DNA of 64,000 nucleotides from Neocallimastix sp. 'constans'. Its lineage: Eukaryota. Within the stretch, counting starts at the first letter, position 1. Each line of letters starts with the position of its first letter. This document shows positions 39,560 to 53,215 of the stretch, piece after piece. The position numbers were made by a program, and so were the translations under genes. Where the stretch lies: the NCBI GenBank assembly GCA_050613775.1, contig JBODTK010000153.1, positions 310,001-374,000 of the forward strand. The letters are read 5' to 3'. The notes under the pieces are model-generated. The model was not told the DNA's origin. It saw only the letters and a program-made list of their open reading frames with translations, and searched no databases.

Positions 39560-41330
39560 TAGGTTTAAAAAATTTGATTCATTTCATGGGCTAATGTTTC
39601 TGAACTTATGAAAATTTCTCTAAATCTTCTTTCTCTCCTTTCCCAATCCCCTGTGTACATTAAAAAATAAAGCAGGTAATGTTCTAGTATTTCAAGAAGA
39701 TCTTTTTGATTGTAATAATTGTGGTGGTATTTCCTTCATCAATGTAGGATTAAAGATTCTGTCAAAAATTGCTACTAAAAGAATTTTGAACTAATGCCTT
39801 TTTTCTCATTGGAATTATTAGACCGAAGCAATTTTGGTTTTAGAAGTAAAAAACAAAACAAAAAATATATATATATATTAGTTTATTTGCTTCCATTTGT
39901 GAAATTTACCAAAGAAGAAAATTTAATGATCAATTTACCTTTTCTTGATTTTCTTTGACTTCAAAAAAAAAAAGCTTATGATTCAGATCCAATCTATAAT
40001 TTACTACTAAAACATAATAATATTGGTATTCGTGGTAAATTTCTTCTGTCATTATTCATTCATACCATACTTCGAAAGCTTGTGAAAACTTTAATGGTAA
40101 ACTTTCAAAAGAATTTCCAATACATCATAATGATCGTCAAGGGTGTCCCTTATCACCTATTTTACTTAATAACATATTTGATAAATGTAAGAGATACAGT
40201 GTAATTAATAAAAAAAAAGTGTTTATTTACTGATGATATGATTTTGTTGTCCCCTACAGAATCTTCTCTTAAAAATCTTATTGAATAAATAAATAAAGAT
40301 TAAAGTTTACAATAATTAGGGCTTTAAAAAAAAAATCTTAAAAATATTTTAAATAAAGCTTATGATTGGGATATCACAAATGAAATAACCTTTGGAATTA
40401 ATAAATGTACTACATTTGTTATTAAGCCAAAGAACTTTATCCCTTCAAGACATTATGACAAATCCTACATTTAAGCTTGGCATAAACCATCTACTAAGCA
40501 CTAATCAATATGTAAATATTGGAACACCTTTTAATGAATTACTGGATTTAAAGCGTATTATTGCTAAGATGAACAGTAAAATAAATTATACGGTTAACTA
40601 TTTCTTTGGATTGTTAACCAATAGGAACATACCTTTCTACTTTAAAAACTCGTATTCTAGTTTCCTTTTGTCCTTAGTTCAGTTCTTTACTTTTGCATAT
40701 TTACTAGAATCTAATAAAAAATACAATTGCATGATAATCCAATTTACTGGAGAGTATTAAACATTACAGCAAATGATACATCAAGCACACCTGCATTGTT
40801 TTATGTTAACTGAATACTGTATCACAAATAATATGTCATACACTGAAAAAGCTAAAATTGCTTTTAATTAAAACTTGTTTTGGAGTTTTGGGTTTAAAAA
40901 TAAGACTTCCAATACTATTATTTATAATATTTCTAAGGAACTATTTGTACCTCCTATGGGCTAGTTTTATGAATTAAGGCGATGATTCAATGATTTAAAA
41001 TGTGGAAAGAGACTTCTTGCGTTATTTCTCAATTTAATCAAAAATATATCAACATTTTTACATTATTTATGAACAGAAAAAAAAAAAAAAGTACATAGAT
41101 TAACAATACGCAAACACGATAATAAATTTCCTTGGAGAAATATGGAGGTTTTACTTGGAAACTGTTCATAATTCAAATATCCCTACAATTAGATCAATTA
41201 AATACAAGAAATTTAAATTTTTATTCTAAAAATTTTATTCAACGTCTTTTTCTAAAATATTCACAATTTTCTCTTGGATTTTTTTTTATTGGATTGGACG
41301 AATTAAATAATATTATAATTATTAAATAAA
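39560..41330 (+). mobile_element. Heavily decayed LINE family D (RT and downstream region)
   Basis: Recognisable GISFINVGLKILSKI, FGFR, KAYDS, RQGCPLSPILL, LFTDD, TFGINKC and KYSQFSLGF, with many frameshifts. Confidence 0.85.
40277..40335 (+). mobile_element. 59-bp micro-insertion of a family C-like tail plus poly-A inside LINE D
   Basis: taaataaagattaaagtttacaataattagggcttt(A)n resembles 22568-22618. TSD TCTTAAAAAT at 40267-40276 and 40336-40345. Removing it restores SSLKNILNKAYDW. Confidence 0.82.
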
Positions 41331-42008
41331 ATTTCTTATATTTAAATAAGAAAATTTAGTTTGTTATTTCAAATTTTTTATTTTATTTTATTTTATTATT
41401 TTTGATTTTTTTTTTATTTTATATTTTATTTTCCTATTTATTTTTTTATTTTTTATTTTTTATTTTTTTATACATTTATTTTAATATTTTTTATTCATTT
41501 ATTTGTGTTTATACGCCACAAAGCGAAATGAAACTTAGCAAATATAAATTTTAATAAAAGGAAAAAACATCATTCCTTATTCATATACTCTCTCTTCTAT
41601 TTTTTTTTTATATTAATATGGGCTAGATAATAAAGGGAAATTTTTAAAATATTTGAAATAAATCTCAATATTTGTTTATTTACTAACTTTATTTATTTGA
41701 TGCAAAAAGGCTTATTTTTTAAGAATACATTATTAAATGATATTTATACATACAAAATACATTTGATGATTTGATGGATCATACATATTTCAATACATTA
41801 AATACATATTTTCATATATTTTCATATAAACTATATATAAAAGCTTACAAAAATAAAAAATTTTGAAAACTATCATTCATAAACTATATTATTATAATAT
41901 ATTCTATTTATATATAATAAACTATATAATTTTAAAATTATGAAAGTTGTAAAAATAAAAATATTAATTAAAATGTTAATTAAATTATAAACTAAAAATA
42001 CTTATTTT

Positions 42009-43155
42009 CTAACATTCCTCCCTAAATAAAGTATTACAAAAATTTTCGTTTACTAAGAAAATTTGCTATTTTTTATCTGTTGTAGTACAACCTAAATTTT
42101 CAAACATAACGAATCAAATTTGAAATAAAATTACACATTTGCATTAATTTTTGTTTTTTGATGAATTATTGATGAATTTTTATTATTAAAAAAAAATATT
42201 TTCATCATATTTTTATAATTTTCTCCAGTATTTTCGCCTAAATTATTTTTGTTTCCATTTTTGTCAATTTTATTTCTTAGACTATTATAATCAACATTTA
42301 AAATATTACTCGCATTATTGTTTTTCACATCAATGTTATTTATATTTTTAATTTTATCAGGTTGTCCACTGTCGTAATTACACAATTTATTATGCATAAT
42401 CTCTCTGTAATTACTAAAATTTTTTAAGTTATTTTCATTATTGTTGTCATTATTTTCAGAATTTTAATCGACAAACTTACTCATATTTAAATATTGTTAT
42501 ATTGAATAATTACTATTTTTTGATAATTTTTATTATGAATAGTATTAAAATTTATAACAGATAAATAATCTTTGACAATATTTTGGATGTTCTTGTTCTT
42601 TTAGTTTTTTTCATTCAAACTTTCTAATAATTTATTCAGTTTATAGTTTGTTTTATTTATTTTATCTAGAAATGATTCAATTAGTTCGGTATCTATTCTA
42701 ATAATAATATATATAAGAGGGACATACTTACCTGAAACCCTAACCACCATATTCCGTAAAAAACTATTGTGGAAAAAACCTGGAAAATGGTCATAGGGAA
42801 GGATCGGACCAGGAGCTTTATGTATGCTAGCCCACGGATTAATAACCAGGATAGAACTTGGTTCGATAATCAAGATTGAGGGGGAGTGTTAGCTGATTTG
42901 AAATTATGTGATATACATGAATCTAATATGCTACAAATGATGAATAGTTAAATACATAAACGGCTCAATGTAATATTTACATTTAAGCATTTAAAAATAA
43001 TGTTTAATTTCTGAAAAAACAAAATAAAAAGATAATAAAATTTATTAATCATAAATTTAAGTGTGTATTTGCTAAAATGTCAAGAACTTTTTAATTTAAA
43101 AGTATTTTCATGTATTTTTATACATAAAACTAAATTACATTATTTTATGTTAACA
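42009..43155. mobile_element. LTR-retrotransposon remnant(s): polypurine tract abutting a TGTTAG LTR-like start
   Basis: GATTGAGGGGGAG-TGTTAG at 42874-42892 is a copia-style PPT/LTR junction, with a possible LTR end TTAACA at 43150-43155. A second junction, AGGGAGGAA-TGTTAG, lies on the minus strand at 42023-42009. Confidence 0.5.
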
Positions 43156-43517
43156 TATTGATCACATGATATATAATTATTATAATAGTATACTATAGTA
43201 ATAATATTAACAACATTAATATTAAAATATATATTAGATAACAATAAATAAAAATATAGGTCAATAAAAAAAATTTAATCAACACTAACGAAACTAATAA
43301 AAGAAATAGATAACAATAGTAATTCTAATATTTTCGTTAATTTTCATAAGATAGAACAATTAAAATTTAAAAATTTAAATGTATTTTTTATTGAATAATA
43401 TATATATATTTTTTCTGTCAACAAAATAGTAGAAACATGATATATTATACTATACCAAAAACAAACAATAATTATACTACTGGTACTAGTAATACTAATA
43501 TTATTAATATATAAGAA

Positions 43518-43549
<32 letters not shown>

Positions 43550-43609
43550 TTTATAAATTTCAATAATAGAAACAAATTTAGTTATATAATATGGAATAAT
43601 TTTTAAATC

Positions 43610-43890
43610 ATCTTCACCATTCCGATAACCCTTTACTCAACTATTACCAAGATTCTTTAAATAAAGAATCTAATATTAGCAAAGAAATTTCTTCATCTGA
43701 AATTCATAAAAAAAAAAAAAAAAAGATCATCTGGATGATAAAATAGAACTGAAGATAGAAAAAAAAAAAAAAAAAAAAAAAAAAAACATCAGTGCCGGTA
43801 ATAAGAAAATATTTGAATTTCTTGATAATTAAAATTTTAAAATGATAGCATTGACTATCTTCTAATGGAACAATAATATTAATCATATAA
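43610..43890 (+). mobile_element. Very old LINE fragment (pre-RT region)
   Basis: ...EISSSEIH..K.SSG..KIE....SAG.K......WNN resembles family A PITIDDI..KAPGPDGIP.E...AAGK...WNS. Multiple disablements. Confidence 0.4.
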
Positions 43891-44079
43891 TAATAATAAA
43901 AAAAAATTCGGAATTTGAAAATTAATCGTTATAAATAATTTGTTAAAATTGAGAATAATATCAAATATTTCTATCTAAAATCTATTATAAAATTTGATAA
44001 AATTTAAATTTTAATTTTAAAATAATTTATTTATTTTTTTTTTTTTTTTTTAAAAATTAATATATATATATATATATAT

Positions 44080-44134
<55 letters not shown>

Positions 44135-44593
44135 ATAATAATACATAATACATAATACATAATAAATAATTAATAATTAAATAATAAATAATAAATAATA
44201 AATAATTAAATAATAAATAATAAATAATAAATAATTAAATAATAAATAATAAATAATAAATAATAAATAATTAAATAATAAATAATAAATAATAAATAAT
44301 AAATAATTAAATAATAAATAATAAATAATTAAATAATAAATAATAAATAATAAATGGAAAAATGATTTTATTTTGAAAATCACATATCAAAAAAAAAATT
44401 TTTTTTATTATATGTTAAAATGTTATTAAATATTTATATTAAATATAAAGATATAAATTTATAAAACTGGAAAGATTGTTATGACTTTGGAATTTTAATT
44501 TTTAAGGAACTATAGGAACTCATAATATAGAACATATATTAAATAAGTAAAAAAAAATTAATAATTATAATTAATAAAATGTAAATAGATAAA

Positions 44594-44663
<70 letters not shown>

Positions 44664-45731
44664 AATTAATAATAATTATAATTTATGATTAAATGCAAAT
44701 TTTTTCTTTTTTTTTTTTTTTTGAATTTTAAAGGTTTTTATAAAATATTAATATTAAAATATCTAAATTAGAAAATAATAAATAAAATAGAGGTAAAAAA
44801 AAAATTTTTTTTTTTGAAGAATTAGCCACTAATTATATGAATAAATATCTAATAATATAAGAATAATTTAAAAATAAAAAATTTAAAGGAATTTTTTAAC
44901 GAATTTACTTCTGTTTACTATCAATATAATAGTAGAAAGATGACTTACTACAGCAAAACAATTCTATAATAAAAATATAATACCAATGATAATCATATAA
45001 AATAATAAATAAAATTGTAATTATATATATTAATAATAATATTTATTTATTTACTTAATTTTTTTTATAAAGAAAATTTTAATTATTAAAAGAATTTTGA
45101 TAAATGAATTTGGACTTTTTCAGTATATAATTAATTAAATAAAGAAAATATGATATATTATGATATTTTCATTACACCTGTTAGTACCATAAAATATCAC
45201 ATTTTGTGTATATTTTAATTTCATTTTAATTTTATTATATTTAATTATTATAAAACTTTATTATTGTAATAATAAAATATATGATATATTATAATTATAA
45301 TAATAAAATATACAATATATAAAAATAAATATAAGAATAAATAAAATATCTTTAAATAATTATTTATCATTAATGATTTTACAAAAGCAACATTTTCATT
45401 ATTTTACAATACTTTTATATATTTATTAATTATTGACAATTGTATTTAATTTCAATCAATAAAAAGACTAATACATATCCAAATACTAATGGAAACTACA
45501 AAGTAATTATGAAAATTTTTTGAACTTTAATGAAATGATGTTTTTATATAACACGTGGAAATAATCAATCTAAATAATAAATATTTAATAGAAAAATTAA
45601 TAAATTAAATATATATTATATATTTAAAGTTATATACTAATTATATATTTATATTAGTAGATAGATATATTTATTTTTATTTTATCTATTTATATATATA
45701 TATATATTAAATAATAATTAAATTTAATTAT

Positions 45732-45985
45732 GATAAGGAGAGGTATTTATATTGATGTACATAGTCATACTTTTTTTTTTCTTTGGCTTTTGTATTTTAT
45801 GATAAGGAGGGGAATTATTATATATATATGTATAATTTAAAGATAAAATATATATATATGTATAATTCAAAGATAAAGGAGGGGAATTATTATATATATA
45901 TGTATAATTTAAAGTTAAAGGAGGGGAATTATTTTATATATATGTATAATTTAAAGATAAAAGAGGGTATTTATATGTATACTAA
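45732..45985. repeat. Minisatellite, ~5 imperfect ~40-45-bp units
   Basis: Repeated gataa(a)ggaggggaattattatatatatatgtataatttaaa, which also produces the repetitive ORF 45783-45998. Confidence 0.85.
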
Positions 45986-46515
45986 TTTATTTATTTGAAA
46001 AAAAATATACATTAAAAAAATAAATATTATGTTATTTTATGTTTATTTCTTTTGAGTTTCTTTTCTTTCTATTTTATTTTAGGTAATTGTTACAATAATT
46101 TGTTAATGTTATCAATTTAATGGTTAAAAAATATATATATATATCAGTTAAAAACTTATTTTACAAATATTATTTGTTTAATTAATTATAAATACTCTAA
46201 TAATTATAAAATACTAAATTATATACATCTATAAAGAAAAATATTTATAGAATATCAACTATAAATATTAAAATGTGAATTTTTTTTTTCCTATAAATTA
46301 TGCATTTATTTTTAATTCTACCAAAATTAGTAAAAAAAAAAGAAAGTATAATCTATTTAAATGAATTTTTATTTTTTATTTTTATTTTGAACTTATTAAA
46401 TTATAAAATAAAGATATAAATTTGTGTACTTCATATGGATAAATTTTTTAAAGTTTTGATAATCTTATCAATTAATTTTATTTATCAATTGTTTAATAAT
46501 TAATAATTTTTTTTA

Positions 46516-46549
<34 letters not shown>

Positions 46550-46723
46550 TGAAAAGTTTTTTAATTATTTTTTTTTTGGTTATTCATAAAAAAAAAAGGA
46601 GCTTTTTGAGATAATATTTATTTTATTTTATTTTATTTTAAATATATTTATTATTTTTATTTGTTGTTTTTGTTCATATTTAGGAATTATCATAAAAAAT
46701 ATAACAATAATTATATAGAATAA

Positions 46724-46754
<31 letters not shown>

Positions 46755-48308
46755 TATAATTAGATTTTAATATAAAGTGTCAATTATTTCAAATTGAATT
46801 ATATATATATAATTACTATATATATATATTTATTTAATTATTTATTTAGGTCAATATTATCTTTAATATTTCATTTTAATTTTTTATTTTAATTCGCTTT
46901 TCCTCTTTTTTTTTTTTTTTTTTTTTTTTATATTTTATTATGAGATAAAGTTAATTAATGGCTTTTTTATAAACTATTTAAAAATAGATATAATAAGAAG
47001 AAAAAAATAATTTTTGTAGTTGCTTTATTTATTGTATTTAATATAATTAGAATATAGAATATATAATATTGTAATATTATAAAATTAAAATAAAATATAG
47101 AATAAAAAAAAAATATTTCTATCCGGAATAATCAACTAACCATCATTAAAAGTCAAAAAAAAATTTTTTTGTATAAATGTTGATTATATTTTTCCAATAC
47201 AATACATTTACATTTTAATACATTATATTTATATTATATATTAAAATATAATATAATATAATATATTTTATTACATTAATCATATCTCAATAAAAAAAAA
47301 AAAAAAGATAAAAAAATATGGATTATCAACTTCTTTTAAAGTTTATTATTATTAAATACTAAAACATAATATATTAGTAATTATTTTTGTCATATATAAT
47401 TATATTTAAAAAAAAAAAAAAAATAAATATTAATGATATCATAATACTATAATGATATATTAAAATTTAAAAAAAAAAAAATATATATATATTTATAATT
47501 AATTTTTTTTAATTTTTTTTTTTTTATCTTCACGCTATACTCTATAACCTTTTTATAAATATATAGATGTAAGTAAAAGTGTGTATATAATTAAAAAAAG
47601 ATAAATAAGTTAGATAAATATGTTAATTTTGTTTAAATAAAAATATGTTAATATTAAAGTTATCATTATTATTAATGAAGAAAAAATAAAAAAATAGATT
47701 ATGGTATATATGTATATGTATATAAAGTTTATAAGAAGTTTAAAAAATTTTAAAGTAGTTCTTTAAAGAAATATTATTATAAACATTGAAAAAGTAATTT
47801 AATGTTTTTTTTTATTTTTTTTTTCTTTTCTTTTTCATTTTATTTATTCTTTTTATTTATTTATACACTTGTTTGTAAATAATATATGAAAAGCTAAGCG
47901 ATTAGATACAAATATAGGATAATAATTTTATGTTTTAAGAAAGTTTTATTTTATTTTATTTTAAAGGATAAATCAAAATACAATGTATATATTAATTAAA
48001 AAAAGTAGAAAGATAAAAAAAGAAAAAGAAATATAAAAATTTTATATATGTTATTGAAATGTTAAATTAATGTTAATAGTTCTTTGTATTTATATTTAAG
48101 TTTATTGTAATGAATAAATCAATAAATGCTTAAAATTTTTAATATTGAAAAATAAATATTTTTTATTTTATTAAGCTGAAAAATTTAAAAAATTATGCGT
48201 GTGGTTTATAAAATTAATTAATAAAAATATAAAAAAAAAAATAAAATAAAATAAAATAAAATGCTTTCTAATAAAATATTTTAATTTATTAATGAAATTT
48301 ATAGAAAG

Positions 48309-50839
48309 ATGAGTACCCAAAACGAAAGAGTTTCCACTATGTTGGAATCTGTTTGTCATCCAAATATAAGAAATATTACACTTCCAAAACATGAAGATGG
48401 AAAACAATATTATCCACACGAAATTTTTGGACAAAATGTTTTCAGTCTTAGTGTAATGGAAAAAACTTTACCAAAGTCTGTATTCCAAAAATTCCGTCAA
48501 CAACAAAGAGGTAATTAATACTATTAAATAATTATTAATATTATTTTAATTTATGATATATATATTTAAATAAAGAAAAATAAAATAAGATATGTTATGA
48601 ATTATTTAATATATTTAAATATTTTTTATTGTAAATATATATAATATTTTAAAAAATTTGAAATAATTATTAATTTTTATTGAATAAAATATATATATAT
48701 ATATATAAATATATATATATATTAATTAATATTGTGTTTTTATGATATGTTTATAATAATCATTCAAATATTAAAGGAAGAACTAGTTTAGATCGTGCTA
48801 CTGCTGATGCAATTGCTCATGCTGTCAGAGTTTGGGCTATGGACCATGGAGCTACTCATTATACTCACTGGTTCCAACCACAAACTGATACTACTGCTGA
48901 AAAGCATGATTCTTTCTTAAATTTAAAGACTAGTATTGTTAACGGTATTGAAACCACAGTTGCTATCGATTCTTTCTCTGGTAGTCAACTTTTACAAGCA
49001 GAACCAGATGCCTCTTCTTTCCCACATGGTAGTATTAGAAGTACTTTTGAAGCTCGTGGTTACACAGTATGGGATACCACATCTCCATTATTTATTCAAG
49101 ATGGTCCACATGGTACAGCTGTTCTTTATATTCCTTGTGTCTTCATTTCATACAATGGTGAAGCTCTTGATGAAAAGACTGTTCTTTTACGTTCTAATGA
49201 AGCTATATCTAATGCTTCTGTACGTCTTTTACATATGATCGGTGATACCGAAGTTAGAACTGTTCATACTTCTTTAGGTGTTGAACAAGAATTCTTTTTA
49301 ATTGATCGTGGTCTTTACTCTCTTCGTCCAGATTTAAAGATTTGTGGTAGAACTTTAATTGGTTCTGTTCCTCCAAAGCATCAACAATTAGATGATCACT
49401 ACTTTGGTCAAATTCCATCTCGTGTATTAGCTACTATTGCTGAAACTGAAGTTGAATTATATAAGCTTGGTGTACCAATGAAGACTCGTCATAATGAAGT
49501 AGCTCCAGCTCAATTTGAAATGGCTCCAATTTTCGAAGAATCTGCAGTTGCTGTTGATCATAACCTTTTAACTATGCAAGTTTTACATCGTGTTGCTCAT
49601 CGTCACAAGTTAAAGTGTCTTTTCCATGAAAAGCCATTCAAGGGTATTAATGGTTCTGGTAAGCACTGTAACTGGTCTCTTAGTACTGATGCTGGTGAAA
49701 ATCTTTTAGACCCATCTGTTAAACCAGAAAGTAACCCACGTTTCCTTTTATTCTTTATTGCTACTATTTATGCTGTTTATAGACATGGTAGTCTCTTACG
49801 TGCTGGTATTGCAACTTCTAGTAATGAACATCGTCTTGGTGCTAATGAAGCTCCACCAGGTATTGTTTCTGTTTTCCTTGGTGATCAACTTGATGAAGTT
49901 TTAAATGCTGTTGAAGAACAACGTGAACTTAAGTCATTTTCTCAACATCAAATTCAATCTGTTAAGGTTGGTGGTACCGTTCTTGATCTTAAGGTTGCTA
50001 CTTTACCACCAATTTCTCGTGATCTTACCGATCGTAACCGTACTTCTCCATTTGCTTTTACCGGTAACAAATTTGAATTCCGTGCTGTTGGTTCTAAGCA
50101 ATCACCATCATTCCCAGTTACTTTACTTAATGCTGCTGTTACTGAGGCTCTTATTGAAATTACTAATGTCTTAGAAGAAATTAAAGGTAACAAGCCAAAG
50201 GCTTCTCTTGAAGATGTTCTTACTGTTGTTCGTATGTATATTAAGAAGAGTAAACCAATTCGTTTCGAAGGTGATAACTATTCTCAAGAATGGGTTGAAG
50301 AAGCTGCTAAGAGAGGTATTGAAAATATTACTTCATGTCCAGAAGCTTTCAAGAAGATTTTAGAACATCAAAAATTATTAACTGAAACTGTTCCAATTTT
50401 AACTATGGCTGAACTTCACTGTCGTTACCAAGTTATGGTTGAAAGATATGTTAAGGATTTAGTGATTGAAGGTAACACTTTAAAGACTATGATTAATCAA
50501 TACATTCTTCCATCTGCTTTTGATTATAGAAAAGAAATTGCTTCTTCCTTAGTTTCACTTAAGAGTTTAGGTATAGATATTGAAAATGTTCCAGAAAAGA
50601 AGGTTCTTGATGATCTTGGTAAGGATACTGTTGAACTTGTTAAACTTAATGAAAAACTTTGTGAAACCCTTGATAAGATTGTTAAGATTTCTGATTTAGA
50701 AGAAGCTGCTGTTGTTGCACATAATGAAATTTTCACTTTGTGCGAAGAAATTCGTCCATATACTGATGATATTGAAAATAAGGTTGCCAGTAAGAATTGG
50801 AATTTACCAAAATACAGCGAATTATTATTCTCACATTAA
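48309..50839 (+). CDS. Glutamine synthetase type III (GSIII), ~754 aa; exons 48309-48510 and 48777-50839
   Basis: GSIII-type N-terminus and motifs FGQNVF, WAMDHGATHYTHWFQP..TAEKHDSF, EPDASSFP.G.IRSTFEARGYT.WD, LGVEQEFFL, HNEVAPAQFE, HEKPF.GINGSGKHCNWS, HRLGANEAPP, DRNRTSPFAFTGNKFEFR and LPKYSELLF. The GT..AAG intron is in phase (G|GA). Confidence 0.96.
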
Positions 50840-50969
50840 ATTATTATTTTTCATATTAATTAATTTCATAAATATATATTATTTTTTAAAAAAAAAAAAA
50901 AGTTAATAATAAAAATTTAATATAAATATTTATATATTTGAAAGCTATAAAATTTAGTTTTTAAAAAGC

Positions 50970-51000
<31 letters not shown>

Positions 51001-51311
51001 TTATGATAATAATAGAATAATCAAAAAGATCATTTTTTTTTTTAAAATAAAAAATAAAAAAAAAAAATTTTGCAGAAAAAAAAAAAAAAAGAAAAAAAAA
51101 AAAAGAAAAAAAAAAAAAAGGAAATGAAAGAAAACGAACAATCAAACAAGCAAATAAAAAAAAAAAAAATGTAATAAGAACTAATAATAGTGTAAAAGTA
51201 ATTTTTTTATTTTTATTTTTTTATTTTTTTTTTTATTTTTTTTTTATTTTTAGGGAAAATAAAATAAGAACAAAAAAAAGAAAACATTAAATTAACCAAA
51301 TTTACATTATA

Positions 51312-51352
<41 letters not shown>

Positions 51353-51544
51353 ATTAATATTAATAAAAAAATATAATAGTAAACATATTTAAATATGTAT
51401 TCTTGATTATTGTTTTAATTTATATTAATATTTTATTATTAAATTATATATTAATATAACCTTATGATTATGTGTATTTTATTTTATTTTTATTTTTATT
51501 TTTTTTTTTAAATGAATAAATTTTATTTTTTTTTTTCACCAAAG

Positions 51545-52360
51545 TCATTTTCTACTCTTGTTGTAAAACCGATTTACTTTGTTAAACCGGTAAACTATGA
51601 AGATCCATCTTTCTTTATTGGTAATAAAAAATTACCTAAAACTGACAACTATACTTATCTTGGTATTCCTTTTGATGAATCTTTATCACTGAAACCTATA
51701 CAATCCAAATTAAACAGTAATTTAAATGTCAAGTTAAATTTGTACTTTCGATTTCTTATTAATAAATCTGTTCCTCTCCCATTGAAGAAATATGTTTTAA
51801 TTTTGTTTATTCTTAGTCTTGTTATATATTATGCTCCTCACTTTGGTTCAAATAAGAGCAGATGTTCTAAAGCTCAAAAAATTATTAATAGAGGACTTTA
51901 TTGGAGTTATGGATTTAAATCTCGCAATTCTTCTGTTAGTCTCTATAATATTACTCGTGAATTGAGAATACCTCCTCTTTCAGCTATCTGTGCAATATCT
52001 CAATTACGATGCTTTAGAAAATGGAAAAATTCTTCATGTATTATTAATCATCTCACTAATAATATTCCTACTATGTCACATTACTCATGGACTAAAGAAT
52101 CAAGGACTTTGGATAAGAAATTAATTGGTAAAAAAACAAATGAAATAAAAAAGTTTTATTGGGAAAGGGATGTCTTCAAACCCTCAAAAGCTAAAAAAGC
52201 AATTATTTACAAGGAGAATGATTTTGGATTTATTTCAGAAATCAGAAACTTAACATTTCAATATCCTAAGTATCAATTGGGATTCTTTTGGATTTCTCGA
52301 ATTAGGTGTGGTTTTAAATTTGACATTAGTATTTCCATTAAAGAAAAATCGTATAGTATT
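51545..52360 (+). mobile_element. LINE fragment, family E (post-RT region)
   Basis: Reads STLVVKP, YTYLGIPF, YYAPHFGSNK, LRIPPLSAIC, YSWTKESRTL and FFWISRIRCGF, homologous to families A-C. Confidence 0.9.
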
Positions 52361-52361
52361 T

Positions 52362-52522
52362 AAATACATAGTATTTTTGAGCTTTTTTTATTTTTTATTT
52401 TTTATTTTTTAACTTTTATTTTTTAGTTTTAAATGTACTTTTACCTACATGTATTTTTTATAATAAAATTAATAAAGTTATGGAAGCGTATTCTCTTCCC
52501 TGTCTAAAAAAAAAAAAAAAAA
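52362..52522 (+). mobile_element. LINE family A 3' tail with poly-A
   Basis: aaatacatagtattt...gtattctcttccctgtct(A)n matches 18386-18567. Confidence 0.88.
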
Positions 52523-53215
52523 TGATTGTCCATTTTTCAATCATATTTGTGGTAAAGTTAATGATAAAATTATATTTTTATATAATGCTTTTAACCGTGG
52601 TAACCTAACAAATGATATCGTTAATAATAATGATAATAGTAATAGTAATAATAGTAATAGTCATAGTAGTAATAGTAATAATAGTTATAGTAATATTAGT
52701 ATTAGTATTTTTAGTAATGTTAGTAACAGTATTGAAAATAATGTGTATGCTGATTCTAGTGTGTGTGAAAGAGTGTCTAATTTCCTTCTTGGGGGAAGAA
52801 GTATTAATAACAGTACAAGGGAATGGAAGAATCTATTTAAGTGCCAGATGAAATCAGGTGCTTATTCTGATACTCCATTCTTGGTGGTTACTGAGGCTCT
52901 CTTTACAGAAATTATGCCTCAGGCTAGTGCTCAATAAGGGTTATTATTCCGACGGTATAAATGCAAACTAACCAGGAGCGTCAACGCTGAAAATGCAGTA
53001 AGACAGATTAGCAAGGCCAATGCCTCTTGAAGGAAATGAACATAATTTTTTATTTTTTTAGGTAGTCAATTCAAACCCTAATTAGGAATAGGAATTCATT
53101 TTAAACAAAAATCATATAATCTTGGAGGTAGGGTTCGTTGCCTATGAACTTTTTTCTGAATTTATTTATACACTTTTTTTTTTTTTTTTCGAATTTTACT
53201 TTGCGGTTGTAAAAA
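52523..53215 (+). mobile_element. Chimeric LINE B/C 3' fragment
   Basis: B-type to ~52895 (matches 38395-38785), then C-type (matches 22178-22400). Confidence 0.85.

Noticed and set aside
42724..42890. U1 snRNA, suggested by ATACTTACCTG matching the U1 5' end
   Set aside because: No U1-70K loop (GATCACGAAG), U1A loop (ATTGCAC) or Sm site downstream. Better read as a minus-strand splice-donor consensus.
43650..43671. 10-bp inverted repeat AGATTCTTTA/TAAAGAATCT
   Set aside because: Short and AT-rich, so plausible by chance at this base composition.
45783..45998. ORF with repeated KEGNYYIYMYN, or a CRISPR-like array
   Set aside because: It is the translation of a minisatellite, starts at TTG and has no unique spacers.
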